A stretch of 25,532 nt of DNA. It comes from a virus (taxonomy: Duplodnaviria > Caudoviricetes). Positions 16,976 through 25,532 of the stretch are shown here, in pieces. Position 1 is the stretch's first letter; each line of letters starts with the position of its first letter. Under the pieces are notes generated by a model. It worked only from the letters and a program-made list of their open reading frames with translations, had not been told where the DNA came from and did no database searches. Position numbers and translations under genes: made by a program. The stretch lies in IMG/VR virus record IMGVR_UViG_3300031111_000035, positions 1 to 25,532 of that record; one strand, written 5' to 3'.

Positions 16976-17692
16976 ATGAGCAAGGTCGTAACCATCGTAG
17001 GGCTTTACTTCGAAGAACTCCTTGTCCGGCGTCAGCCGTATGAGGGGTTTGTTCCTGAAGTACCCTTGGAGGGTGAGGTGTGGACAATGAACCACTACTA
17101 CGAGTTCTACCCGTGGTTACGGCCTTCGCGCATCATCCAGATCCATACAGACTACTCAGAGCTTCCACAGGCCGCGGAATCATACGAGGCATACGAGAAG
17201 TCGGGGGCAAAGGTGTTCGTGCGTCAGAAGCGCTTAAAAGGGCTCTCACCGGCATGCCAGCGTATTTACCCGGAATCGGTCATCCAGGATTGGCCAAGAG
17301 GCTACTTTGCAGGTGCAGCACATTACGCGTTGGCGTTGGCGTTTCACGAAGGGTATGAAGAAGTTCACCTGCGCGGGATCAGGCTGCTCGATCCTGGCGA
17401 GTACGACTGTCAACTTCCGTCGCTCATGTATGCTATTGAGCGATGCGAAGCCGCCGGGATGAAGATCCATAGCCGGTATATGAGCTGGTGGAAGCGTCGC
17501 GTCGAGGCGTTGAACCCGAAGGTTGTCGCACGCCACTACGGCTGTGACGATGAGACGGTCAAAAAAGTTGTGTCATGGCGCGACGTCGTTGAGCAGGTTC
17601 GCATCGAATACGGCACGGCGCCGTCGCGTAAGCGAATCCTGAGAGCAATCGAACGCGCAGTACAAAGCGCCAGGAGGGCGAACATTGGGTAA
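16976..17692 (+). CDS. Putative glycosyltransferase-like protein (GT29/GT42/Maf-DUF115-like Rossmann motif)
   Basis: YFAGAAHYALALAFHEGYEEVHLRGI...EY..Q resembles the S/T-x-x-A-x-x-L-A-x-x-x-G-x-x-x-I-x-L-x-G-x-D segment of sialyltransferase-like folds. Confidence 0.5.
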   Translation: MSKVVTIVGLYFEELLVRRQPYEGFVPEVPLEGEVWTMNHYYEFYPWLRPSRIIQIHTDYSELPQAAESYEAYEKSGAKVFVRQKRLKGLSPACQRIYPESVIQDWPRGYFAGAAHYALALAFHEGYEEVHLRGIRLLDPGEYDCQLPSLMYAIERCEAAGMKIHSRYMSWWKRRVEALNPKVVARHYGCDDETVKKVVSWRDVVEQVRIEYGTAPSRKRILRAIERAVQSARRANIG

Positions 17693-19406
17693 GAGATTTG
17701 CATACGTCGCGAAAGCCGTCCCTCCGGTAGAGCCTCCAGGTCCGGAACCGCCACCAGAGCCTCCCGGTGGTGGCGGCGGCGGCTACACCGATACCGCATA
17801 CGTCGCACGTTGCTACCACACGTCCAGCTACACGATCTCGGTTGAGACCGATGATCCGGTGATCGTGGTGGCCGGTACGCCCAGCAATTACGAAGTGTCA
17901 GGCTCTTCGACGTCGCACAGCATCAACGTGTCGAGCGGTTACAACGGGGTGTGGCTGTGCGTGACGAGCGGGAGCATCTCGATTGAGTCGCTGGCGATTA
18001 CGGACAGTCACGTTCGGGAGGTGGCAAACCTTGACGATCTTGACGATCTGGAGACGTTGGATCTTTCGGATAACGGCGAAATGACGTCGCTCGATGCAAG
18101 TGACTGCACTAGCCTGAGCGCTTTCCCGAGATTGACAAATTCAGATTCAGAATCACTAACGGTAGACCTGAGTGGCTGCACGGCCTTGACAAGCATTTCA
18201 CTATTGAGGCCAACATTCCGCACGTTGGACGTTTCGGGCTGTACGTCGCTAACGTACTTAGGTATCGCTATTGCGGATTTGCTAACGGCACTAAACGCGA
18301 GTGGGTGTACGGAAATGACGGAGTGCTTATTACTTAATACCGCACTCCAGACAGTTGACGTATCAGGCGGGACGTCGCTGGCAGACCTAAGAATCAGTAA
18401 CGCAGATTTATTGTCGACACTTGATATCTCAGAATGTATGGCGTTAGAAGATGTCGATATCTTTGGAGGGTCGCTATCAAGTTTTGATATTAGCAATCGC
18501 GCGGCTCTGACAAATCTTGAGTTGAAGAATTTGTATAGTATGACAAGCTTAAACATGTCTGGATGTACAGCGTTGACCGGCATTGATACCCAAGATCTGG
18601 AAGCATTGGAAACGGTCAACGCTTCTGGATGCACGTCGCTTGAAACGCTTACCCTATCCCTCAACGAAGCCCCGGCGCTGGTATCATTAGATGTCACTAA
18701 CTGCATTGCGCTGACGTCACTTTCGACTACATGGGTGGAAACAGTGACGTCAGTCACGGTTGCGGGATGCACAGCTCTTGAGACGATTGATCTGTTTAGG
18801 TCACACTCGCTGCCGTCAATAGACTTGAGCGACCAAGAGGATTCATTGACTACCTTAACGATTTCTGCGCGTTCGATGGAGTCATTAGACCTTACAGGCT
18901 TTGGCTTGTTAGAAGATGCAAGCATCGCTATTGGGTCATCAACTGCGCTGACGTTGACAAACTGTATAGCGTTGGCGTCCTTGACTCTGAACGGAGCTTC
19001 GGCATCATGGACAGCGCAGGCATTAGCGTCATTGACGGATTTGCGGATTGACGGTACGTGGACGGCACTGAACCTCAGCGCCCTGAACAGTAACGCAATG
19101 GAGCTGCGGTTGATCGACAATCTAGCGCTTACGTCAATCAATCTTGACGGATACGACATTACGCTGCTCTCGCTTTCTGCAAATACAAGCTTGTCATCTA
19201 TCTCAATTGCGAACTGTACGTCCTTGCTTGATGTGCAGGTCACCAACCCGAACAACTTGGACAATTCGGATCGCGGCGGAATACTTGTCGATCTCGACAA
19301 CGCCGGTCAGTCAAACGGCGATGCAGACGTTGGCGGCGCTGTTGATGCAGCAGGGCAAGCAGCAAAAACCTCCCTTGAAGGAAAGGGCTGGACAGTCTCA
19401 ACATAG
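17685..19406 (+). CDS. Leucine-rich repeat protein
   Basis: TTG start with AGGAGG 7 nt upstream. Pro/Gly linker, then roughly 20 degenerate 21-22 aa repeats (L..L..SGCT.L). Ends LEGKGWTVST. Confidence 0.85.
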   Translation: MGKRFAYVAKAVPPVEPPGPEPPPEPPGGGGGGYTDTAYVARCYHTSSYTISVETDDPVIVVAGTPSNYEVSGSSTSHSINVSSGYNGVWLCVTSGSISIESLAITDSHVREVANLDDLDDLETLDLSDNGEMTSLDASDCTSLSAFPRLTNSDSESLTVDLSGCTALTSISLLRPTFRTLDVSGCTSLTYLGIAIADLLTALNASGCTEMTECLLLNTALQTVDVSGGTSLADLRISNADLLSTLDISECMALEDVDIFGGSLSSFDISNRAALTNLELKNLYSMTSLNMSGCTALTGIDTQDLEALETVNASGCTSLETLTLSLNEAPALVSLDVTNCIALTSLSTTWVETVTSVTVAGCTALETIDLFRSHSLPSIDLSDQEDSLTTLTISARSMESLDLTGFGLLEDASIAIGSSTALTLTNCIALASLTLNGASASWTAQALASLTDLRIDGTWTALNLSALNSNAMELRLIDNLALTSINLDGYDITLLSLSANTSLSSISIANCTSLLDVQVTNPNNLDNSDRGGILVDLDNAGQSNGDADVGGAVDAAGQAAKTSLEGKGWTVST

Positions 19407-19415
19407 GAGCACATC

Positions 19416-20015
19416 ATGCCAAGCAACTACAACATCATCCCCGGAAGCGGCAGGCGGTATGCCTATGCTCCCGGGACGTCGAGAAACTACTACCAGAACA
19501 TCGCCCGCGGACAGAACACTTCGTTCCAAGGCGGGCAGTACGGCTATTGGAATTACCTTGGGCCTGGACGCGATGCCCAGTTCGTCCCGTTCCAGCAGCA
19601 GCCGCGCCGCACCCCCATGTCGGTGTACAACCCTGCCGCGTATCAGCGCAATCAGCTCATACAGCAGCAACAGGCGGCCATGGACGAAGCGAAGCGCAAG
19701 ACCGAAGAGCGCTACGAAGAGGCCATGAAGAACCTGCAAGACGTTGGTCTTCAGGAAGGCAAGGACATTGATCAGCGGTTCGACTCGTCTCGGAGTGCGG
19801 TCAATCAGAGCCTTGTCAGCTCCGGTCTTGCGAACACGTCGGTACTCCCGACGATGCAGCAAGGGGTCGAGCGCGAACGCACGGCGTCACGCAATCGTCT
19901 TGCGACGATGCTTGCCCGTGAACGCAATCAACTGCTTGCAAGCCGTAACGACATCCCCCCGGATCTCAACCTTTACACACGGCTCCTCTATGGGGCTGGC
20001 GCAGGAGGAATCTAA
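19416..20015 (+). CDS. Probable internal virion / DNA ejection protein (small)
   Basis: AGGAG RBS. Q/Y/G-rich N-terminus, coiled coil, SLVSSGLANTS motif, Gly-rich end. First of three genes at the end of the podoviral module. Confidence 0.6.
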   Translation: MPSNYNIIPGSGRRYAYAPGTSRNYYQNIARGQNTSFQGGQYGYWNYLGPGRDAQFVPFQQQPRRTPMSVYNPAAYQRNQLIQQQQAAMDEAKRKTEERYEEAMKNLQDVGLQEGKDIDQRFDSSRSAVNQSLVSSGLANTSVLPTMQQGVERERTASRNRLATMLARERNQLLASRNDIPPDLNLYTRLLYGAGAGGI

Positions 20016-20018
20016 CCC

Positions 20019-21308
20019 ATGGCATTCGACGTCTACCACAACCCATCAGCCGCGGCCTTGGGTGGCGTTGCCTTCCAAGGTGGTCGCGGCGAATATCAGA
20101 AGTACTTGCAGCAGCATCGGCTCCAGCAGCAGCAGCTTGCCTTGCGTCAACAGCAGATGCGGATCGGTCAACAGCAGTTTGCTCAGGAGATGCAGGAGCG
20201 CGGCCGGCAGCGTGAGTTCCAGACGGCACGCGACCGTCAGCTTCAGGAGTTCCAAATCGAGGAGCTGAACGAACGCCAACGTATCGAGCAGGAGAACTTT
20301 GAGCACAAGTTCACCGCGGCTCAGAAAATGAAAATGCAGCAGATCCGCCAGGACATTGAGGAAGTCGAGCAGGACGACACGCTGACGCCTGAGCAGAAGA
20401 TGGTCACCAAGCAGCGTCTCAAGAACATGATCTACGGCATGGGCCAACTTCCCATACCGAAAACGGAGTCGCCGTATCCTGAAGGACAGGCCCCCGGCCA
20501 GAACTGGGTTGATCGGTCCGGCGCTTTGATGACGCGCGACAGCAAGGGCGACGCAAAGATGCTCGTTCCCCCGCCGAAGTTGACGGATCTGTTCAAGCAG
20601 GCGACAGAGACGTTGACGACAAACCGGTACAACCCGGAAACAATGCAGACTGAAGAAGTCGCCCCGTCCTTCGAAGCCGTTAGGGCGCGTGTTCAGCAGA
20701 TGATGATCATGCACCGCGAAATGCTGGGGCAGATGGCCCAGGGCTCTCGTGATGCGATGCAAGCTGATCAGACTTATGACGAAGCGTTGTCGGTGTTTGA
20801 CGAAGAGCCGCAGTTCGAAGACGACGTTTTGACGGAAGAGACCGACGCGACGATTCGTCAAGGTCTCATTCCTGGACTGCCAGGCGGGCGCATCCCTGGC
20901 ATGCCAGACGTTATCCAGGAGTTTCCGGAAGAAGAAGCGCGTAAGCTTCAACAAGGCAAGCCGGCGAATGGCGGGGATTGGGTTGGTCGTGTGTGGGATA
21001 TGGATCAGACACGCGCCAAGCTTCGGTTCCGCGACATGAACGCCGCCGTCATTTCAAGGGCCATGGCACAGATGAATCAGCCAGGCGTCCCCAAGGCCGT
21101 TCGTGGCGATCTCCGCGAAGCGGTTCAAGAACTATTGAAGATCCTGAAAGCCGCTGATTACGAAGTTCCAGCCGAGAACCCACATCAATTTGTCTCTCGC
21201 AGCCTAAGCGAAGAAGGGGTCAAGAAACGCGAGCGTGCAGAAGAGTTGGCGTCGTACCTTGTCGACTTCATCAACAATCCACAACGGTTCGCCGGGGGGA
21301 GACAATAA
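20019..21308 (+). CDS. Probable internal virion / DNA ejection protein (middle)
   Basis: AALGGVAFQGG N-terminus followed by a long Q/E/R coiled coil. AGGAGG RBS. Confidence 0.6.
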   Translation: MAFDVYHNPSAAALGGVAFQGGRGEYQKYLQQHRLQQQQLALRQQQMRIGQQQFAQEMQERGRQREFQTARDRQLQEFQIEELNERQRIEQENFEHKFTAAQKMKMQQIRQDIEEVEQDDTLTPEQKMVTKQRLKNMIYGMGQLPIPKTESPYPEGQAPGQNWVDRSGALMTRDSKGDAKMLVPPPKLTDLFKQATETLTTNRYNPETMQTEEVAPSFEAVRARVQQMMIMHREMLGQMAQGSRDAMQADQTYDEALSVFDEEPQFEDDVLTEETDATIRQGLIPGLPGGRIPGMPDVIQEFPEEEARKLQQGKPANGGDWVGRVWDMDQTRAKLRFRDMNAAVISRAMAQMNQPGVPKAVRGDLREAVQELLKILKAADYEVPAENPHQFVSRSLSEEGVKKRERAEELASYLVDFINNPQRFAGGRQ

Positions 21309-24300
21309 TGGGCGATATCCTTGAACGCCTCAAAGCTAAGTACGGAGCGGCCAAGGCATATGCGCCAGCGTACCAACGTCCCGGCCGTGACATGTTTGAA
21401 GAAGGGTATCACGGGCTGTTGGATTTGAGCACCCAAAGTCGGCGCTGGCTTAGACCGGATGAGCGTGACACCAACGAGCCAATAGGTTTTGTCGAAAATA
21501 TTGAGCGCGGCATGCCTGGACTGTGGCGCAAAACCCCTGTGCTCGGGACAATGGTCGGGGCGGCTGAGGATGAAGACAAGCTGGCGCGATTAAATCGGTT
21601 ACAGCGGTTTGCGAATGAAGGGTTCAAGACGACTGCGGACATTCTACAACAGGAAGAAGATGCCAGGGTTCTGGAGGATTACCTTGCACCGCTGCTTGAA
21701 GAGCAGCGGCGCGGAAAGACGTTTATGGCAAAGGCTGGCAGTGTCGTGGCGGGCTTGCCAAAAACTTTCGGGGAATTCGGCCTTGCCGCCAGCGCTGGTC
21801 CGTTGGGTTATTTCGGTCTATCTCAGACGATGGCCATGGAAAATATAACGGCCCGCACTCTTGCCAACAAGCTTGAGGGGAAACAGGAATCCGGGCTCAA
21901 GACGCTCGTCAAGGCGGAGACCGAGGCAGGCATTGAACTACTGACAGAGGCTTTCGTCGGGAGAGTCGCTCGCTGGGGACTGAAAAAGCCGAGGGGTTTG
22001 GTAGGTAAACTCGTAAAGAAGACGAAGGCGGGCCGATCGATCAGTGAGCTGATGGACCGGCCTATTGGTAAGGTGTTGGCCGAAGTCGGTGAGAAGGCAA
22101 AGTTTCATGGAGTCCCCGAAGAGCTGCTCGAAGAGAATGTGGCGGCGGTATTGCGTGCAGGACTGCGTCTCGACGATCAGGAGGGAGACCTTTTGACGCG
22201 GATTAAAAACGCCATCCCCGATCTGGAAGATCAAGCTGCCATGACCTTGGCGTTCGCTCTATTTCCTGGCGCCAAGATTGTTGCTGGGGCAACGGATGTA
22301 GCGGCGTCAGCTTTGGAGAAACGCCGTGCAAAGGAAGCGCTACTATCCGGAGAAGACATTCCCATCGTCATGGCGATAGCCCCGGACGCCGCCGAACGCA
22401 TCATAAACGAAGAGCCGTCGCGCAAGGTGTTTGACGAGGTGTTTCCGGGTGTGCGATTCAGTCAACGCGAACGCGAGATGGTTCAAGGCTACATGCGCAA
22501 CATGGCAGAGACCACGGCCTTGATTCCACGACAGCAAGCGCAAGCCCCTGAAGCATTGCAGCCGCCGCAACAGCAGCCCGCCGAGGCCCCCGTACAGGAG
22601 GATCCGGAGCAAGCGTTGCCAGAACCGGCGCCTATGCTGGGTATCGACCTTCCGCAGGGCTTACCGCCGTTGCAGCAGCAACTGCCAGCAGAAGCCCCTG
22701 TAGTGGACGCTACGGCCCTTCAGCCCATTCCGGACGGTGCAAGCCAGACGGAGGCAGAAACCGCCGTAGAGGCCAATGCAGAGCAAATTGCAGCAGAAGA
22801 TCCGAACGCCGAAGACCCCATCTTGTTCGCAGGAGTCCCTACCGGCCCATTAAAGAAGGGCTTTCAGAAATGGTTCACGTCGCGGGGGCTGTTGCCTGAC
22901 CCTACATTTCAACGACTGATCGAACGCGACGGCAAGATCAACGCTCAGGCCAAGCAGGTACAACAGACGCTCCGGCGTTACGACAGAACGATGAAGGCGC
23001 TGTACGGCAAGGCTGTCCCCGCGGAGGTCATTCAGGCCGCAGACGCCGCGATCAAGGGCGACGCCAACGCGTTGCAGTCATTGCCGGAAGAGTTGCAGGA
23101 TAGCATCGTCGAGATGCGCGACCACGTCGATCGGTTGAGCGACAGACTGTTGAACCTTGGGATGATCGAAGGTGATCTCCTCGCGACGATTGCCGACAAC
23201 AAGGGCATGTACCTGCACCGTTCGTACCGAGCGTTCGACAACCCGGCGGATTGGGCGAAGAAGGTTCCGGTTGAAGTCGTGGCTCGCGCCCGTCAATACC
23301 TTCGTGGCGCCCATCCGGACTGGAGCCAGGACCAAGTCGAGCACCGGCTCAACCGATACATCGAAGCGGGTTCGCAAGGGAACATTTTCAACTTCGTCAA
23401 GGGCAAAGACCTCTCGACGCTCAAAGAGCGCAATGACATCCCAAAGGCGTTGCGCGATCTCATGGGCGAGTACATTGAGCCCGACGTCAACTATGCGAAG
23501 TCTGTCGCCAAGATGGTCAACCTGATCGAGAACCACGAGTTCCTTACCGACGTCCGCGAAGCCGGTATGGGGACGTTCTTCTTTGAGGCGACCGATCCAA
23601 ACATCGACCCGGACGCATCCACTCAGATTGCGGCAGAAGGCACAGATGCCATGGCCCCTCTCGACGGGATGTACACGTACCCGGAAGTCGCAGAAGCGTT
23701 CAACGAAATCTATGAGGCACAACGCACCAACAACCCGACGTTACGTCTCCTCTTATACCTGAACAGCGTATCGAAATTGAGTAAGACGGTCGGCAGTACC
23801 CAGACGCATGTGCGGAACCTGCTCGGAAACACAGCGTTTGCGTTGTTGAACGGACATTATCGGTTCGGAGTTGGGGCGACTGCGGCAAAGGCTGTGTTGG
23901 CAGATCTTGGAGTACGGATGGAAGATTCGCGGCAATGGGAAGACTACATGCGCAATGTGATCGAGCTAGGCGTTGTTCATGAATCTGCGCGCGCCGGCGA
24001 ACTTCGCGATATGATGAGCGACATGGCGGACAGAGGCATGGCATCATTTGCTCAGGAGTACGACGCCAAGACCAAGAAGCGTGGCATCTTGCGGAAGGCC
24101 ATGGGCGCAACGGCAGCCTTGTATCAGGCTGAAGACAATGTGTGGAAGATCTACGCGTTTGAGAACGAGAAGGCGTCCTACCGCAAAGCGTTTCCGGAAT
24201 GGACCGAACGAATGGTTGAAGAGCGTGCGGCGGAGATTGTCCGCAACACCTACCCGACTTACTCGCTTGTCCCTAGGGCAGTCAAGGCGCTCCGCAAGGT

Positions 24301-25414
24301 GCCGTTCATGGCCCCGTTCATTTCGTTCTCAGCAGAAGTACTTCGCTGCACTTGGAATACCGCGAAGTATGCAGCGCAGGAAATCCAAGATCCGCGGACC
24401 AGGGCAATAGGGGCGCGTCGCGCTTCAGGCATGGCCGTAGCGGCGACGACGGTACCGGCGCTTGCGCTCCTGTCTCGAATGATGTTCGGCGTGAGCGATG
24501 ACGAAGACAAGAACCTTCGCCGGTTCATGGCTGACTGGAGCAAGAACGGCAGCATCTTCCATCTCGGAAAGGACAAGGACGGGAACTACAACTGGCTTGA
24601 CCTGTCGTATGTCGACGCCCATGATTACATCCGCAAGCCGTTAGCGCTGCTGATGCAAGGACAGTTCGGAGCTGCTGGCAAAGAGGCAGCAGAACCGATC
24701 ATCGGCGAAGAGCTGTTTCTCGGCAAGCTCCTCGACGTGGCCCGCAACCGCAAAGAGTCGGGCGGCCCGGTATGGAACGCACAAGACTCTGACGCCCGCA
24801 AGGCGCAGTCGATCATCGCACACATCGGCGACGCAATGACGCCAGGCACAGTGAGCAGCCTGCAACGGATTGTCTCCGGCGCCATGGGCAAGGTAAGTCG
24901 ATACGGCAAGGTCTACAGCGCTCCTATCGAAGCGACCGCCATGCTTACCGGCCAACGCATCCAGAAGACAGATCCCGATACGGCAATGACGTTCCAGGTC
25001 CGCGAGTTCCGCAACGCGTTCAATGACGCGGCGCGGCTCCTGACTGAGGTTGCTTCGAGCAAGGGCAACGTGACGGACGCGGCGTTGACCGACGCCTATG
25101 ACCGGTCTGAGAACGCACGGGTCCAGGCATACACCAAGCTCGCCGAAGACATTCAAGCGGCGAAGGATCTTGGAGTCGATCGCAAGCGGATCATACAGAT
25201 CCTCAAGTCGCAGGGTATCCCGACTGCAGACATCCGAATGCTGATCATGGGTAAGTACATGCCGCGCATCCCGTCTGAGCAATGGCTGAAGACGGTTGAA
25301 CGGCAGCTCGGAACGCTTCCTGGCGAGGGAGCATCGGTGCAGGACATCCGCCGTCGGCGTCAACTGATCCGCAGCTCGGCCATCGAGCGCAGGCGTCAGG
25401 CGCTAGGTCAATAG
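21308..25414 (+). CDS. Large internal virion / DNA ejection protein
   Basis: 1368 aa, helical, TAATG coupling. Small-residue hydrophobic segments and a P/Q/A/E linker. C-terminal VPFMAPFISFSAEVLR pattern as in large podoviral ejection proteins. Last gene of the module. Confidence 0.72.
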   Translation: MGDILERLKAKYGAAKAYAPAYQRPGRDMFEEGYHGLLDLSTQSRRWLRPDERDTNEPIGFVENIERGMPGLWRKTPVLGTMVGAAEDEDKLARLNRLQRFANEGFKTTADILQQEEDARVLEDYLAPLLEEQRRGKTFMAKAGSVVAGLPKTFGEFGLAASAGPLGYFGLSQTMAMENITARTLANKLEGKQESGLKTLVKAETEAGIELLTEAFVGRVARWGLKKPRGLVGKLVKKTKAGRSISELMDRPIGKVLAEVGEKAKFHGVPEELLEENVAAVLRAGLRLDDQEGDLLTRIKNAIPDLEDQAAMTLAFALFPGAKIVAGATDVAASALEKRRAKEALLSGEDIPIVMAIAPDAAERIINEEPSRKVFDEVFPGVRFSQREREMVQGYMRNMAETTALIPRQQAQAPEALQPPQQQPAEAPVQEDPEQALPEPAPMLGIDLPQGLPPLQQQLPAEAPVVDATALQPIPDGASQTEAETAVEANAEQIAAEDPNAEDPILFAGVPTGPLKKGFQKWFTSRGLLPDPTFQRLIERDGKINAQAKQVQQTLRRYDRTMKALYGKAVPAEVIQAADAAIKGDANALQSLPEELQDSIVEMRDHVDRLSDRLLNLGMIEGDLLATIADNKGMYLHRSYRAFDNPADWAKKVPVEVVARARQYLRGAHPDWSQDQVEHRLNRYIEAGSQGNIFNFVKGKDLSTLKERNDIPKALRDLMGEYIEPDVNYAKSVAKMVNLIENHEFLTDVREAGMGTFFFEATDPNIDPDASTQIAAEGTDAMAPLDGMYTYPEVAEAFNEIYEAQRTNNPTLRLLLYLNSVSKLSKTVGSTQTHVRNLLGNTAFALLNGHYRFGVGATAAKAVLADLGVRMEDSRQWEDYMRNVIELGVVHESARAGELRDMMSDMADRGMASFAQEYDAKTKKRGILRKAMGATAALYQAEDNVWKIYAFENEKASYRKAFPEWTERMVEERAAEIVRNTYPTYSLVPRAVKALRKVPFMAPFISFSAEVLRCTWNTAKYAAQEIQDPRTRAIGARRASGMAVAATTVPALALLSRMMFGVSDDEDKNLRRFMADWSKNGSIFHLGKDKDGNYNWLDLSYVDAHDYIRKPLALLMQGQFGAAGKEAAEPIIGEELFLGKLLDVARNRKESGGPVWNAQDSDARKAQSIIAHIGDAMTPGTVSSLQRIVSGAMGKVSRYGKVYSAPIEATAMLTGQRIQKTDPDTAMTFQVREFRNAFNDAARLLTEVASSKGNVTDAALTDAYDRSENARVQAYTKLAEDIQAAKDLGVDRKRIIQILKSQGIPTADIRMLIMGKYMPRIPSEQWLKTVERQLGTLPGEGASVQDIRRRRQLIRSSAIERRRQALGQ

Positions 25415-25418
25415 GCAC

Positions 25419-25450
25419 AAAAAAGCCCCACAGTCCGAAGACCATGGGGC
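25419..25450 (-). terminator. Intrinsic terminator for a convergent minus-strand transcript
   Basis: Minus strand reads GCCCCATGGTC-TTCG-GACTGTGGGGC-TTTTTT: 11-bp stem with 2 G-U pairs, cUUCGg tetraloop and U6 tail. Confidence 0.88.
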
Positions 25451-25532
25451 TTGAGCTTACCGCCATACGTTCAAACACTTCAATCCTAACCTCGCTTCTA
25501 TGACTTCCCTGCTTCGCGTAAGTTGCTTGCCG

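Noticed and set aside
18008-19300. 430-aa antisense ORF over the LRR gene
   Set aside because: Its S/V/R-rich periodic sequence mirrors the LRR codons. There is no independent evidence of coding.
206-25414. Stop-codon reassignment
   Set aside because: TAA, TGA and TAG all end full-length genes, and coding density is high under the standard code. In-frame neighbours such as 19406/19416 have their own RBS.
1-25532. CRISPR array, tRNA, integrase/att site, IS element
   Set aside because: No repeat-spacer periodicity, cloverleaf or recombinase/transposase motif was seen, and intergenic gaps are under about 80 bp outside the ends.
25245-25532. Minus-strand frame with RSEVRIEV resembling a RusA C-terminus
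   Set aside because: Too short to judge, and the frame runs through the terminator into the large + strand gene.

Overview
The window is the complete packaging and morphogenesis module of a tailed dsDNA phage with podovirus (short-tail, P22/T7-like) gene order. Nearly all genes are on the + strand, tightly packed and in the standard genetic code. Order: probable small terminase, large terminase, portal, small membrane protein, FmdB-like protein, scaffold, major capsid protein, decoration protein, head-tail adaptor, two tandem Ig+lectin-like paralogs, nozzle, tail fibre and chaperone-like gene. An accessory cassette follows (26-aa lipobox micro-ORF, glycosyltransferase-like gene, low-GC leucine-rich-repeat gene), then three internal-virion/ejection genes and a minus-strand terminator. 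No tape measure, sheath, integrase, reverse transcriptase, tRNA, CRISPR array or recognisable endolysin is visible. The most unusual signals are: (i) a C-rich to G/T-rich strand-skew flip at about 105-140 that fades over roughly 1.5 kb, next to a G-quadruplex-like motif and TGAGT repeats (candidate packaging/terminus region); (ii) a micro-lipoprotein ORF not called separately in the ORF track, in frame with the downstream enzyme-like gene; (iii) the tandem paralogs, with conserved protein but heavily recoded DNA. All functional calls come from motifs and synteny read by eye; no database searches were run.
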